This document shows positions 23,877 through 37,755 of a stretch of 64,000 nucleotides of DNA, one piece after another (position 1 is the first letter of the stretch; every line of letters begins with the position of its first letter). The stretch is from Lytechinus pictus (lineage: Eukaryota). The position numbers were made by a program, and so were the translations under genes. The stretch is taken from contig NC_087251.1 in assembly GCF_037042905.1 (NCBI RefSeq), positions 36,148,001 through 36,212,000 on the forward strand. The letters are read 5' to 3'. The notes beneath the pieces were generated by a model. It saw only the letters and a list, made by a program, of their open reading frames with translations, had not been told where the DNA came from and did no database searches.

Positions 23877-26800
23877 GGTGACCCGACAATTGCTCCGCCG
23901 ACATCTGCTCCGCCGACAATTGCTACGCAAAATAAGACAGTTGCTCCGCCGACAATTGCTCCGGACAATTGCTCCGCCGACAGTTGCTCCGTCGACACTT
24001 GCTCCGCCGATATGTGCTCCGTCGACACTTGCTCCGCCGATATTTGCTCCGCCGATATTTGTTCCGCCGACATGTGCTCCGCCGACATCTGCTCCGCCGA
24101 AAATTGCTCCGCCGACAATTGCTCCGCGACAATTGCTCCGCCGATATTTGCTCCGCCGAAAATTGCTCCGATTATACGACAATATTGCTCCGCGACAATT
24201 GCTCCGCCGATATTTGCTCCGCCGAAAATTGCTCCGATTATACGACAATTGCTCCGCGACAATTGCTCCGCCGATATTTGCTCCACCGACATCTGCTCCG
24301 ATTATACGACAATTGCATGAACATCTTATTTCTCCAAGTTGGTCTATGTTAAATGATAAGAAATTCATCCTGATACAAATTGTTTTGTCGTTGTTTTGTT
24401 CTTGTTATAATGTTTTATTTATTTTATTCTCCCCCTATCATCACAGCTTTCTGCTTAAAAAACAAAACAAATTGTTCTCCCTGCCGCTGCCACTTGACAA
24501 ATTGTAACGGAGAAGGGGAATGACACACTCCCCATTGAAATTGTGAATCTGGATTTTTGTTCATATATTATTATCATTGGTTTCACTCCGGTCTTGAGCG
24601 GGGAGAGAATTTGGGGGGGGGTGCTGGACACAATATCTCTTCTGCTTTCTAGCAACTTATACACCATACATTCGCGCGGGCTCTCTCTCTCTCTCTTTCT
24701 CATTTTGTTCTTTCACGTTGTTTATTTTTATTGGTGACCGCTTGATTTATTGTATATTTATCAGTATTATAATTATTAATATTTGTATCAATAATTTTTA
24801 TTTACGTCTTCGGCCTTATCTACCCTTGCACTTTTTTTCCTTCAATTTGTTTCAAACGAAAGTATGATCATCACTGGCGTACAGATGGGGGAGGGGCGTG
24901 CTAGGGGTCACGGATCCCCCCATTCTCCCTACCAATGAAAAAAAAAGAATAAAGGAAAGGAAAATAAATGTCCTCCTTGTCTCGCCCCCTCCATTTTTTG
25001 TTGTTGGCTCATTACGCTACTGGTGAGTTACTATAAAACTAGACTTCGGTTGTATTTTTGTTCTATTCTGTGCAAAGCGACAATATAAATATATTATAAT
25101 AAATGAATATATGTATGTATCTCTCTCATTACGTCTAAACAAATAATGTTATTTTTTAAAGACAATAATATATATACCATCAATAATATAGTTACAAATT
25201 CATGAAACCCAATACGCATCTCACTGAATTTATAATGCGAGCACAAAGCACGAGCTGTTATTGACATGGAAAGGGGACATTTATACGCCTTTTTTAAATT
25301 GTAAACATGAAGCATATCTCGGGGGGGGGGGGGATATCTCGTAAAAGAAATGAGAGCACGATGCGTTAATTTAATATTTTGGATCTATTTACCAGAGTTA
25401 CAATTCTATATATTTATTTTTCTTTGTGTTATTTCTTTCGACAAACTGTAATTGAAGTATTGAAGAGTATATAGGCTGTTATGCCTGCTGATCATGATAG
25501 AATGTGGATTATTTTGCTGATTCATTATATCTTAACATGTGTTCTTTAAATTGGGTAATTTGGGTACATGTTAGAAACACAGGCATTGTGCATTCAGATG
25601 CACATTGTGGAAATGAGATTCAGTATTCCTTGCAGCTAAGAAAGGTTTTGAAAATGACACTACTCTCAATTACATGTATACTGTGTCCATAGTTGCGAGT
25701 GTGTGAAAATGAAGGTGTTTGCAGTCATTAAAGTGTAATTTTGGTTGGAAAACGTTAATAAAACTGTCGAGAACGTACAGTCTTCATGATTTCATTTATC
25801 TCATGTTCTGATCAGTAAATCAAATAAAAAATTATAATGACAAGAACTTGTTAAGTTTATCCTTCTATTTCAATCCCATGAATAAACAGAAATCGCGATA
25901 TTCAAAAATAATAAGTCATACACCTCCTTTTTTCCTCAAGCTCACACTCACTCCCCCTCTTTCTCTCTCTATCTCTCTCTCTTTCCCTCCATAACCCTTT
26001 TCACAATCATTTTTGTTTGATTTCCGCATAAGCAAAACGACGACGACAATGATAATGATGGTGATGATGAAGATGCTGATAATGATGCTGATGATTATAA
26101 TGGTGGTACAATGATAATGATAATAAGTACATGAACACACGTTTTCTTCTCATATAGTTCATTTTTGGAAAATACATAGGCGGCCATATACACATGAAGG
26201 TATATCATTTATGGAAGAAAATCTTGTTTGATTGATTTTTTTTATTTTTTGAAACTACGTGTAAAATTATATCCCCCATCAACAACAAATTGTTACTTAC
26301 ATTATAACATCATAATGAATATAATTCGACTATTGGCGGACCATATTTAGATTTAGATTAAGATTTATTCATTTTCCGTTCACAAAGCACAACAAAATCA
26401 AAATAACAATACATAGTCAAATTTAAAGTACAATATCAATCGGTATAATGCATAAGAATTAGAACGTATAAACAATGAGAACTAATGCGAACTAAAGTAA
26501 CCTTGACTAATAACTATATAAAAAAAAAACATATGGATTTTATTTTTGGATTATTAAAAAAAAATTAATTATCCTTTTTCTATCAGTGAAGAAAACAATC
26601 ATGATCAACATAAAACAAAAAAGCAACTCACTATTATATACAGTATTATCATAATCTAAAAACCTACGATGTGTATGACATGATGTGGATGTGGAGACCA
26701 GACTGAGAGCACTGTGTGTACGAGAGGATATGGAAACCAGAGTGGAGGGGTGTGCCGAGAAGGTGACACGACATGTAGCCTTTCACAAGTTGGTATTTTC

Positions 26801-27867
26801 TTGAATATTAATTTTTACTTACTGAATGTCTTGGTCATGTTTGTATGGCACAAAATTTGCCGACAGTAAACATTTTGCGTGACTACAGTACAGGTTTTCG
26901 ACAAAATAAGGTGGGGTATACCGTTGAATTTCACCTGGAGCAAATGTCTCCACTTCGGAGCATATTTCGCCAGTCTGAGCGATTTTGACGCTAAGAATGG
27001 GGTATGTCTAATTTGTTTCTACTGTTATAACATGGAGCTATATGGTTATAATAATTACATGAAAACGCGTTTTTTTTTTCATTTTAATCGCCAGGCATGT
27101 AATAAAACTTACACAAATGTTCCCCCCCCCCCCACCATGACTAAGCATTAAGAATATATATCCCTCCTTTGTGCTTACCCCTTTTTTTATATTTTTTTCT
27201 ATATGCATGTATCAGGGACCGCAGAGCCGGGGGGCTTTAGCCCCCCAATTTTCCAAAGCCGTGTACAAAAAACGTAAGAATGACCATAATTGATTGTGAT
27301 TTTTAGCATGGACAGCCCCCACTTTTGACTCAGCCCTCACTTTGAAAACCGTTCCGCGGCCCCTGTGTATGACATTTAATATATCATGCAAGCATAGTTT
27401 AAGTTTACTTTGTAAATTCATGGAGCTATGCTCCATGGTAAATTGATGCCTTCAGCCTGTGCTAAAATTGTTATGCGTATGAAAGTACGAATAAAAAAAT
27501 AAATAAATAATTGTCGCATTATCCGAGCAATTTACGGCGGAGCAGATGACGGCGGAGCAATTATCGGCGGAGCAATTGTCGTATAATCGGAGCAGATGTC
27601 GGCGGAGCAAATATCGGCGGAGCAATTGTCGGCGGAGCAATTTTCGGCGGAGCAGATGTCGGCGGAGCAGATGTCGGCGGAGCAAATATCGGCGGAGCAA
27701 ATATCGGCGGAGCAAGTGTCGACGGAGCACATATCGGCGGAGCAAGTGTCGACGGAGCAACTGTCGGCGGAGCAACTGTCCGGAGCAGTTGTCGGCGGAG
27801 CAGTTGTCGTATTTTGCGTAGCAATTGTCGGCGGAGCAAATGTCGGCGGAGCAATTGTCATGGAACC
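23877..27867. mobile_element. 4-kb foldback/MULE-like element with tandem 15-mer inverted terminal arrays
   Basis: GG...CC ends, 8-bp TSD AAAGAAAA on both sides, (TGCTCCGCCGACAAT)n at 23884-24316 and the reverse-complement array at ~27510-27860. No transposase inside. Confidence 0.85.
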
Positions 27868-28429
27868 AAAGAAAAGGCATACCGGTCCGTCTATTCTCGA
27901 ACTCGCATCTAGCCCTATATGCCAGCCAAAGAGTGTTGACATTGATGACATCGATGGCCATTGTCAATTTCATAACTAATAAACATGACGAAAAAAGAAA
28001 ATCGCCTCTGGTTACTTAGTAAATTTAGTGAATAGATGGTAGACGAGAATGTTCCATACCCTGTAAAAACATACCTTTGCATGGTAAACCAATTCATTTT
28101 CCCTTTATTCCAAATTTACTTGGAATATAAGAATATTTTCATTGTTCGCGTACTCAGTAAAAGGAATAGTTTTCATGAGTTATGATTAATCCTTCGCAGT
28201 TAATTTAAACTATGTTTAATCCCCCAAAATTTGTTTCTAAATACTCTATTAACGAGACTTTTATATTCCATTTTTACACAAAACTTCCTGCCGTGGGAGG
28301 GGTCATCATAGGTAGATCAAGGGGGCGAAGCGGCGGCCGCCCCCTATTGGCGGCGCAAAATAAGAAGAAAGATAGGACGAGGCATTGCTTATTGAGATAA
28401 ACTGCTTGTTCTTTATTTCAAAAGTGCAT

Positions 28430-29630
28430 GCAAGATCCAGTTTTTAGATCTGAATATAAAAAAAATCATTTCGCGCTTCGTGCTCGCATCAGTAATATGG
28501 TTGAGTTAGATACTATCCTGTTTATTGCTATAAGGTGAAAAGAAGATTACCTTTTTGGTCGGAAAATTGAAAAAATTAGGATTCGCTTCGCGCTCACATT
28601 AATTAAAATTTAGTTAGATAGCTACCCTGTCCTTGATTTTAAAATATGCTAATAATACAAATTTTTAGGCCGGAAATGACATATCGTCAGCACACACTTC
28701 GCGCTCGAATCTAATATTGTTAAGTAAACTTCCTATCCTGTTCATGATTTGAAAAAGTGTTACGATTGTCCAGTTTTTAGGTTGGAAAATACAAACTTTT
28801 AGCTCGCGCTTCACGCCCGCATTAATTGTTTAGATTCCTATCCTGTTCATATTTATTTAAAGTACTAAGAATGTCTAGTATTTAGATTGGAAAATCAGAA
28901 ACTTTCACCTCTTGCTTCGCGCTCGCATTAGTTGATTAGATTCCTATCGTGTTCATATTCTTTTTTTTTAAGGTGCTATGAATGTTCAGTTTTTAGGTTG
29001 GAAATTAACAACTTTCAGCTCGCGCTTCGCGCTCGCGTTCATTGTTTAAATTTCTATTCCGTTCATTATTAAGTGCTAAGAATGTCCAGTTTTTAGGTTG
29101 GAAAATCAAAAACTTTCAGCTCGCGCTTCACGCTCGCATTGTTTAGATTCATATCCTGTTCATATTCTTTTTTAAAGTGCTATGAATGTCCAGTTCTTAG
29201 GTTAGAAAATCAAAAACTTTCAGATCGCGCTCCACGCTCGCATTAATTGTTTAGATTCCTATCCTGTTCATATTCTCTTTAAAGTGCTATGAATGTCCAG
29301 TATTTAGGGTGGAAAATCAAAAAATTTCAGCTCGTGCTCGCATCTGTTATTTAGTTAAATTCCTATCCTGTTCGTGATTTGAAAAAGTGTTACGAATGTC
29401 CAGTTTTTAGGTAATTCCTATCCCGTTCATGATTTGAAAAAGTGTTACGTGTGTCTAGTTTTTAGGTTGGAAAATCAAAAGCTTTCAGCTCGCGCTTCGC
29501 GCTCGCATTAATGGTTTAGGTAGGTTTGAATCTAGTTCATGATCACAAAAAATGTTCAGAATGTTCAATTTCCAGGTCACAATTTATGAAATATCAACAT
29601 ATTTGGGCTCGCGCTTCGCGCTCGCATTAT
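28430..29630. repeat. Tandem array, ~118-bp unit, about 10 diverged copies
   Basis: Recurring CAGTTTTTAGGTTGGAAAATCAAAAACTTTCAGCTCGCGCTTCGCGCTCGCATT...ATTCCTATCCTGTTCAT inside the hAT-like element. Confidence 0.9.
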
Positions 29631-29677
29631 TTATTGAGGCCTTTCATCTTTAGTTAGGAATACCTCCCCTCTTCGAA

Positions 29678-29767
<90 letters not shown>

Positions 29768-29797
29768 ATATATATATGTATGTGTGTGTGTGTGTGT
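29678..29797. repeat. (TA)n microsatellite followed by (TG)n
   Basis: Directly visible. Confidence 0.98.
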
Positions 29798-30364
29798 TAA
29801 CATAAAAACGGAAACCTCAATAGTGTCCCCCCCTACCTTCAAGGAGAGATTTCCGCCCATGTACATATTCAGGGAGGAATAAAAATTTATTTCACGTACG
29901 TATAACGAAGAAATAAATTGATTACAAAAGAAATGCAGAATGCCTCACGGTCAAAAAGTAGATTTTGGTTAAAGTGTTAGGTGTAGTATCTTCTATAAGA
30001 CATCAAAGTATAATAAAATTCAAACTACATTGAAATGTTAAGTAAAACTTCAATAAATAATGTTGTGGAAGCAAAGAGATTTAACAATGATGGGCAAAAT
30101 ATAGTTAGTTGCTGGTATATTCTAAATTAATTTATGCAGCTCTCATACTGGTCTCAAAGCATTTAGGGGGAAGAATAGAATCAATAAAAATCCAGTAATT
30201 CAGATTGTCAGTTCTGAGGTATCATGATGATGAATTTCTAAATGTTGATTAAAGCATATAGGGTTATACGAGTCAAGATACTTATGTAAAAAAAAAGAAA
30301 TGGAAGCATTAATTCAATGATGCTGCAGGGAATTTCATTTTCTAATGTACTTATGAAATTATAG

Positions 30365-30705
30365 GTGCCAGGTAAACATGGCAGAGGTTATAAATAACAG
30401 AGGTAAAAGTGGCGGGGGTAAAAAGAGCAAAGGTAACATTGGCAGAGATAATAGCGGCAGAGGTAAATTGGCAGAGGTAAAATGGCAGAGGTAATAGTGG
30501 CTCCCGGTAGTGGCTTAGGTAAAAATGGCAGAGGTACAATAGTGGCAGGGTAAAAAGGGCAGAGGAAAAATGGCAGAGGTTAAAATATAGGGGTGAAAAT
30601 GGCAATCGAGGTAAAAATGAAAGAGGTTTCTTTTTTCTAATGACGGGGTAAAATTGGCAACTAGAGGTGAAAATAGCAGGGGTTTAAAATTGCAGAGGTA
30701 AAGAA
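30365..30705. repeat. Degenerate ~15-bp tandem array (GGCAGAGGTAAAAT), probably a foldback-type terminal remnant
   Basis: Repeated GGCAGAGGTAAAAT-like units; no inverted partner found. Confidence 0.75.
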
Positions 30706-32310
30706 CAAATCGCATCAAACTTTCTTATTGACAACATAAATTTCTTCAAGACCATGTGGAGCTACATAATATTTGTTTCTTTCGTGTTTTGTCACGGGTG
30801 TACAAATAGGGGGCTTGGGGCTATGGACCCCCACCCAAAAAAAAATCGTGACAAAGAAAAAAAATAAAGAAGAGGAAATGAAAAAAAGGATGGAATATGA
30901 TATTATTTTTTAAATAATATGTCAAAACCTATAAAATCAGATTTCGAAATCTTGGCTCACTAGCCGCATTTCAGAAATTTTGCCAAATGGCCCCCTCAAT
31001 TTTTTTAGGGGTGGGGGTTAGGGGCTCATTACGTACGCTACTATATTTTTTTATAGGTTTGACTAAAGTACACAGAGATTATATATGGTATAATTTTGGG
31101 AGCAAAAAAATAATATCACACAAATTCATCTTCTACATGAAAACACATTTACAATTTTGACTTCATTACGTTTGGAGTCGATTATATATTTCATGATAAT
31201 TTATTCATGCCATACTTATACGTTGACAATGGATAGAATGATCCTTTCTAGTCGATATCACCTTGAAAATAATACTTTTTTATGTTAATTAGACTCAATT
31301 ATATGGTTAGGGGCGTCGAACCATTTTTCGGACTGGGAGGGGCAAAAGCCCCAAAATGTCCCCAATTTTCGGCGCAATAAAACATAATTTACACAAATGA
31401 TCAGTTTATATATTTGAGAGTATTTTCATGTCAGGTATATACAGTGCTTGTATAGTGCTATCCAATGCTTTTTAAACGTATATTTGCATTGCATTTAATA
31501 ACCATTTCTAAGTTGTCAAAATTATTGGAGAATTCAAAATCTCCCCATCCCCCCATCCCTCCCCCATCAGGATCGACGCCTCTATAACTATCATATTCAT
31601 AATTTTTAATCACAATTAGCTCAACGTGAACTTACTCGACCAAGCCTTTAATAACTTTAATCGTAGCAACTACATGTATCTTCATGGTGGTAAATGCACC
31701 AATAAAAATCACGGTTTCCCATAGTTACAATAATGGTAAAGTGACAGTAAAACTACTTGGGACTACATACTCCTGATCTGCAATGTTCCTCTAATAATTA
31801 ATGCACAATTTCATTTATGAGAAACACACTTTCACTGGAAAAATTATCATCTGTATACTTTATCATCATTTTCATATCAGGAGAAATATCTTCTGACAGA
31901 GGCCGTCATTTCCCTTTGTCTTTTGACAACGAGATTGTATGTGCAACAAAATAATTTGGTGAAAAGTTATCTTTATTCATGTAAGATTTTCCCAAAGACT
32001 GCATAGTAAAGACACACTCATTTCATTTATCTTGACAAACACAAAATTTAATACTCTTATGGCTGCCCTTATGTTTCGACTTTATCGGTACTTTGGTGTT
32101 GGCAAACACATTTTTTAGCCATTTTTGAGACCTTCCAAAAGTTTTAACTCTTGTCTGTTGTTGAGTCGACATGTATGCAGACTTGATATTCTCCGCCAAC
32201 TTTGTTGGAATGTGGAGTCGACGAACAAGCAGGTTAAAGTTAGGATATTGAATGATTTTTGTTCTGAAAAAAATGTTAAAGTTGTTAGAAAATTATCGTA
32301 TTTCACTTAC

Positions 32311-32580
32311 CTGGTTTTCACCAAAGTGAACATTCCATCTTTCCTCTCATAGGCAGTAATTTCGGGAGAAAAAACCCCAGAAAAAAACCCCTGTCTTGTA
32401 TCAAGTTTGAAATGGGTTTAAGATAGCATATCCACAGTTTAAATTCTGTTGTCGTGTGGCGCCTTGGTCGGACATTTAAAACGCCATTGTTGTTACCAAA
32501 GGCGGTACCACTTGCATTCCTGTCGGCGAAATACATTCACCCTCGATCACCTGCCCATCAGCTATTCAAATTTCCCGCCA
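32311..32580 (-). promoter_or_regulatory. Putative cell-cycle promoter (E2F + CHR) and first exon of a minus-strand transcript
   Basis: GGCGGGAAATTTGAA on minus (32579-32565), local CpG enrichment, CAACAATGGCG (YY1-like) and consensus donor CAG|GTAAGT at 32311/32310. Confidence 0.45.
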
Positions 32581-34734
32581 TTGTTCGCTCGTTTCGTCCC
32601 AGTGCGTTACCATGGTCCTATTATGGGTAGTCACTCGTCGTTTTGTTAAACTGATCATTATAGTGAATGGCTCTGTCAATGTCGTTTCAATAAAATTCCA
32701 TGCAAAGACTACCAAATTAAGTTCAACCAATGTTTATTTTCAATTTTATATTAGCGATACCAAGTGAATATCATTATTTCACACTCGACTCCCCATCTCC
32801 TGAAATTCTTCAACAAGTATGCATAATGCGTTTATGATATTACACTTTGTCTTATCTGTTTTAATGACTATGGGTTAAAAATATGATAATTAATATTTTT
32901 GTATTTACCAAAACTAGACAAAAACCCAGTAATATTCTTCAATAGAGTTGCAATTATTGTGGGAGTGAAACTCTGCAACTAGCGCACCATTTTATTCCGT
33001 TTTATTTCATGTCCTGACTGTTCTGAAGAAGAATCCAGAAGTGAACCCCCCCTCTCTCTCATATGGCGGCAAAAAGGAGAGAAGACTAAAGTTGAAGGTG
33101 AAGAAAGGAGACGACCGAGTAAGAAAAAAAAGAAACTTAATAAATTGAAGAAAAATGAATAAAAGAAGAAGAGAGGAAAAAACATTTAGGCTTAAAATTT
33201 TCTGTTAACTGAGTCTTTTTTGAAAACATAAAATTATAGGCGCTTAATATCTAGTTTCAACCTACCCCCGGCCCCCCCCAAAAAAAAACACTTCTGCTAA
33301 CTAGAAAAATAATGCGATCGCGAAGCTCTAGCTGATTGAATAAATAAGCCTGTATGTTGACCAGCATCATGAACACCATAAATATATTATATCCCTTAAC
33401 ATATAAAGTCCAGCGCAAAACGCAAGGTCAATTTTGTTGACCTAAAAACGACACAGGCCACTTGTTTAATTGTGAAGGAGAAACATAATTCTCATTGAAC
33501 AGTTAATGTGAGCGCGAAGCGCATTTGACATAATAATAAAAGAGTGGAGTGCAAGCAGATGCGATAGTTTCAAACAGTTTTTTGTTTTCGTGAATGTCAT
33601 ACGTATGTCGCGAGGAAAAAACCTACGTAATAAAACAATATTAGGACTATTTGTACAAAGTTAGGAACAGAAAAATTCTCAAAAAAGAAAAGAAAAAGAA
33701 TTTGAGCGCGGAGGACTCGTTACCAACAAGGTGCATATATCATACAAAATAAACTAATGAAAGTGTGAAACAAGAACTGAACTTTTGCTTTCCGTATTTA
33801 CTTGAAAACTAGAAATGATCAGGATACGTATCTCATACGGAATAATGCGAGCGCGATGCGAGGGCGAAAGTTTTTATTTTGATATAGCAACCTGAAAGGT
33901 TTATTACTAGTAATTCTCCACCTCCTCTGCTCATTTCCTTCACCGTTTTTCCTCTTCTCTTTTCTCATCCCTTCTTTTTTCTGTCTTTTCCTTTTCTTCT
34001 TTTTATCTCCCCTCTCCCTTTTCTGCGCCGTCAAATGGAATCCGCTTATGTATCTTTTTTTTTCATTTCCAAATCTTGTAAAAAAATAAAATAGCAATCG
34101 ATGTTTCCTTTTTTTCTCTCTAATTTTGGCAAATTATTTTATTGCTTTCTTATTTATAACCAATTCTCTTTTTACAACGTTTTTATTCTCCCTTTCTTTT
34201 CCTACTTTCCAATACACTCGCTGTGTATACCTTAATTTCTAGGAGGGTTAAGGAGCTAGGAGATGAGGTTGTTACGATCCCGGACTTCATTTAAAAAAAA
34301 ATTCACTTGCTACTTTTTTTTCATCGGGAGGAGGTGCAGGGCCGTTTCAACACGGCTTTTTTCTCCAACGCTTCGTTCCGTCTTCCCTTCCTTTCCTCTT
34401 CTCTATTTTTTTTAAACTTGGGAATGGGGGAGCAATGCCCCTGCCTGCTGAAGGCGTGGTCCTTTCGCAACCGGACTTCCTTTTTATATTATTATTCTTT
34501 TCACCTTCTATTTGTTGGAAAAAGAAAGGAAATTATGATTTTAAAAAAGTTTTTAAAGAGTCTCCCCCCATCCTCCATATCAATCTAGATTTAAGGGCAG
34601 AGGCTTTTAAAAATTTCAATTTTCCCCTTTTTCTTTTATCCACCTCCTTTTCCCCATCTTTTTTTCTCCCCCCTCACCTTTCTTTCACTCTCTTTTAACA
34701 CTTCCTTTTATTCCCCCCTCTATCTTGTTTTCCT

Positions 34735-34948
34735 TTCGTGTTTTCCTTCAGCAAGAAATTTATCCACACTGTGCTGCACTCAACCCATGTGAGGTAAATG
34801 AGTTCCGGCAGGAACCAATTCCTCAAAAAGCTGTGTGCACCTGAATCGGTAGCCTAGCTTAGCCTGGTAATGATAATAGCAGGGCCCGCTGGGGGAACAC
34901 TTTTCGGAACTGAAGTGGCTACCCTGGGTAAATATGCTGTTATTATTA
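34735..34948 (+). mobile_element. 5'-truncated copy of the Nin-type SINE with (TTA)n tail
   Basis: Close match to 3150-3300, plus a 3' tail. Confidence 0.75.
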
Positions 34949-36589
34949 TCTTTTCCTTCTCCCTCCATTTCCCTTTTCAGCTTGTGCTTAGTTTCAATAC
35001 ACCCCCTCAAGTTTGGTTTCTTCTTTGCAAATCCTGAACCCCCACTCACGAATACTTTTGCTCATTACACCACTGACTGAAATCAGGTTAATAATTTATG
35101 CAAAACATGATATTATTAAGCTGATACAAAATTTGCTACGAAGAGCACTTAGTTGAAATACACACACATACAGAGAACATGATGACAAAAAAATACTTTT
35201 AAACAAAAAGTAAATTTAATGTTGAAAAATAAATATTTCTATGTGTTTACAAGATCTTTACTCATAGGTCACTCTTCACTTTGGCAACCTTGCAATAAAA
35301 GTAGACTTGTTGGCACTGATAAAAAACATACATACAAAGTGCTGAAGTGGCATCTTGTCGCACTCAATATTTCATCAACATATGCTAAACCACTGAGTGC
35401 TAGCAATTTAATTAGAAATTAGATTTTCTAAGTGGTGGGAAATGAAAAATGATGTTTGCGGATGAACAAAATCTTAATGCCGTGGAAAAATCAGAACCAT
35501 CACAACCCTGCATTAACTTATGATTGTACACTGTAAGGTATGTGTATAATACTTGATAGACTCATATCAAGACCACAATGAATAAATAATTACAAAAATA
35601 TAATGAAAATAACTCTTCAATAATCTATCTCCCTTTCGTTAATCAAATATGCAAAGATAAAGTTTACAGTATTCTCCTGTTATAACAGTTACATTCCAAA
35701 AAAAATATACATCAATTTAAAAATGGATGTCAGTTGTAGTTAGGGTATTGCAATCCACTTAACAAAGAGTTGTGGTTATCTCCCTATGTGTAGAAGATAT
35801 TTCTTCAATACTTCCATATCACACATTTTCATTCAAAATTAGGACACTGCTTGGAAACAAAATATTAAAAAAGAATGAATGACGTGACGGTGATAACGAT
35901 ATAAACTCCCTCTATCCCCCCCCCCAAAAAAAAAGAAGATATAAAACAAAATTAGAATGACATTGTTCTTGTATTTTTCTTTCAATTTTTTTTTGTTTAA
36001 ATCTCAACATATACTATTTTTATATATCACATACTGCAATGCCATTGCTCTCTAATTTGTTTTTCTTAAAATCCTCAAGCAAAGGCACTTTAAAATATCA
36101 CGTCAGCACAATTCATGACTGAATTGTCAGCTCTGACAATTGTAGGTAATACTATTCACCGTTGATTACCATTTTGGTGCATGTGGGACACCTTCAACAA
36201 TATTTTGTTCAGTGCTTATAAAATAAAACAAAATTAAGCACAACCTGAATCAACGTTAAGTATTTCTTAAAAGAAGACCTTTGTAAATTTGTTAACGTAG
36301 GCCTTCAATTGCACTCAAATAAATTCTTACTTCTTTAGCTCTTGTAATGCAGTAAGCGGTGGCAATTACCACTTTTTATCTTCAGGGTTTTTTATCTCCG
36401 ATAAGAAAAAAAAAGATTTACAAATATTTTCCCTTGAACTTGAAAGGAATGTCAAGAAAACAATGGATTCAATTTAAGTTGTGCTAAGTTGTGATTTATA
36501 GTTGTTTATACTTAATAGCAGTTTATGACATACATTCTTGCATTGCATTGCCTTATGGCATTCTTGAATGCTAAATAAAATTAACATCT

Positions 36590-37215
36590 TTTGCCAAGTG
36601 ATAAAGAACTCTTTGATGACGTTTTGATCATTGCTTACATAACTTCAACTTTACTCATCATCTTCTTCATCAACAATCAGCCTAATTCAAGGTCAGTTGG
36701 AAAAAGAGATATTGGCAGATAAAACAAAGAAACGTGACAATCATACACTTTCAAAATGATATTCTCGTAACAACTCTGTGATGACGATTTGATCATTGCT
36801 TACAAATTTACTCATCATCTTCGTCATCAATAAATGGGATTAAGCCTTGTTCAAGGTGAGTTGGAATAAGAGGCCGATAAAACAAGAAAAATAGAGAAAT
36901 CATATACTTTCAAAGTGATGTTCTCGTAACATCTCTGCGACAAGGTTTGGATCACTGCTTACATTCCATAAACTTTCCTCACCATCTTCGTCATTAATGT
37001 ATAAGCCTTGTACAAGGTGACTTGGAATAAGAGATATTGGCCGATAAAACAAGAAACATACAGAAATCAACATTTTGAATGTGATATTCTCGTTATAGCT
37101 TTATGAAGAGGTTATCAGCATTACTATGTGCATATTACTTCATTTTTTTACTATATTCATTATCTTCATCATCAATAAATAAGCCTTGTACAAGGTGGGT
37201 TGGAAAAAAAGAGAT
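36590..37215. repeat. Diverged ~160-180-bp tandem repeat (4 copies), probably in the SRBD1 3' UTR
   Basis: AAGCCTTGT(T/A)CAAGGTGA.TTGGAATAAGAG recurs at ~36680, 36842, 37002 and 37181. Confidence 0.8.
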
Positions 37216-37755
37216 GTTTTGCTCCTGCAACATTCAGTTGTTCCTACTGAAATGCACTTATTAGGCCAAACATAAACCTGAGCTTCAAACCTGAGCTTAA
37301 ACTTAATCCTAATCCTCAAATGATTCTGAACTAAATACCCATTATAACCCTAAACCTCCTCTTATATCTTTAGATATTGTTACCCAAGAGACATATAGAA
37401 ATAATAGAGAAGATAAGAGAGAAAAGATGAAAAGTATTAGCAATGCCCCATCCAATCATCCATCCTAATTATTAAGAGCAAATGACATGTTACCAAAGAC
37501 ACATATAAAAATCACACAGGAGCTAAAAAAAAAGAAGAAAAAGACGAATAGTCTTTGAAAGTGACACATGGACACACCTAGAAATACGCCAGTCAGACAT
37601 AAGGACAGATCAGCATAAACCTACAAGTCTCAAGCTGACATTCCACTTTCTTCCGTTCCACCACCACCACCTCTCCTTATCGCCCAGTCCCAAGACCTTT
37701 TCCTTCTACGACGTGACACACCCCAAACACGCAAACGGATAGACAGAAGGACATA

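Larger units (their letters stand above)
23659..29861. mobile_element. 6.2-kb non-autonomous hAT-like element with nested insertions
   Basis: TIRs CATGAGCGGAAATC / GATTTCCGCCCATG; perfect 8-bp TSD TACATATT (23651-23658, 29862-29869). It interrupts a Kolobok-like MITE that resumes CAGGGAGGAAT. Confidence 0.85.

Noticed and set aside
23765..24507. Several 130-210 aa ORFs (SAEQ/APP/RRS repeats); likewise 27452-27979
   Set aside because: Open in nearly all frames because of a stop-free 15-bp tandem repeat; these are transposon terminal arrays, not genes.
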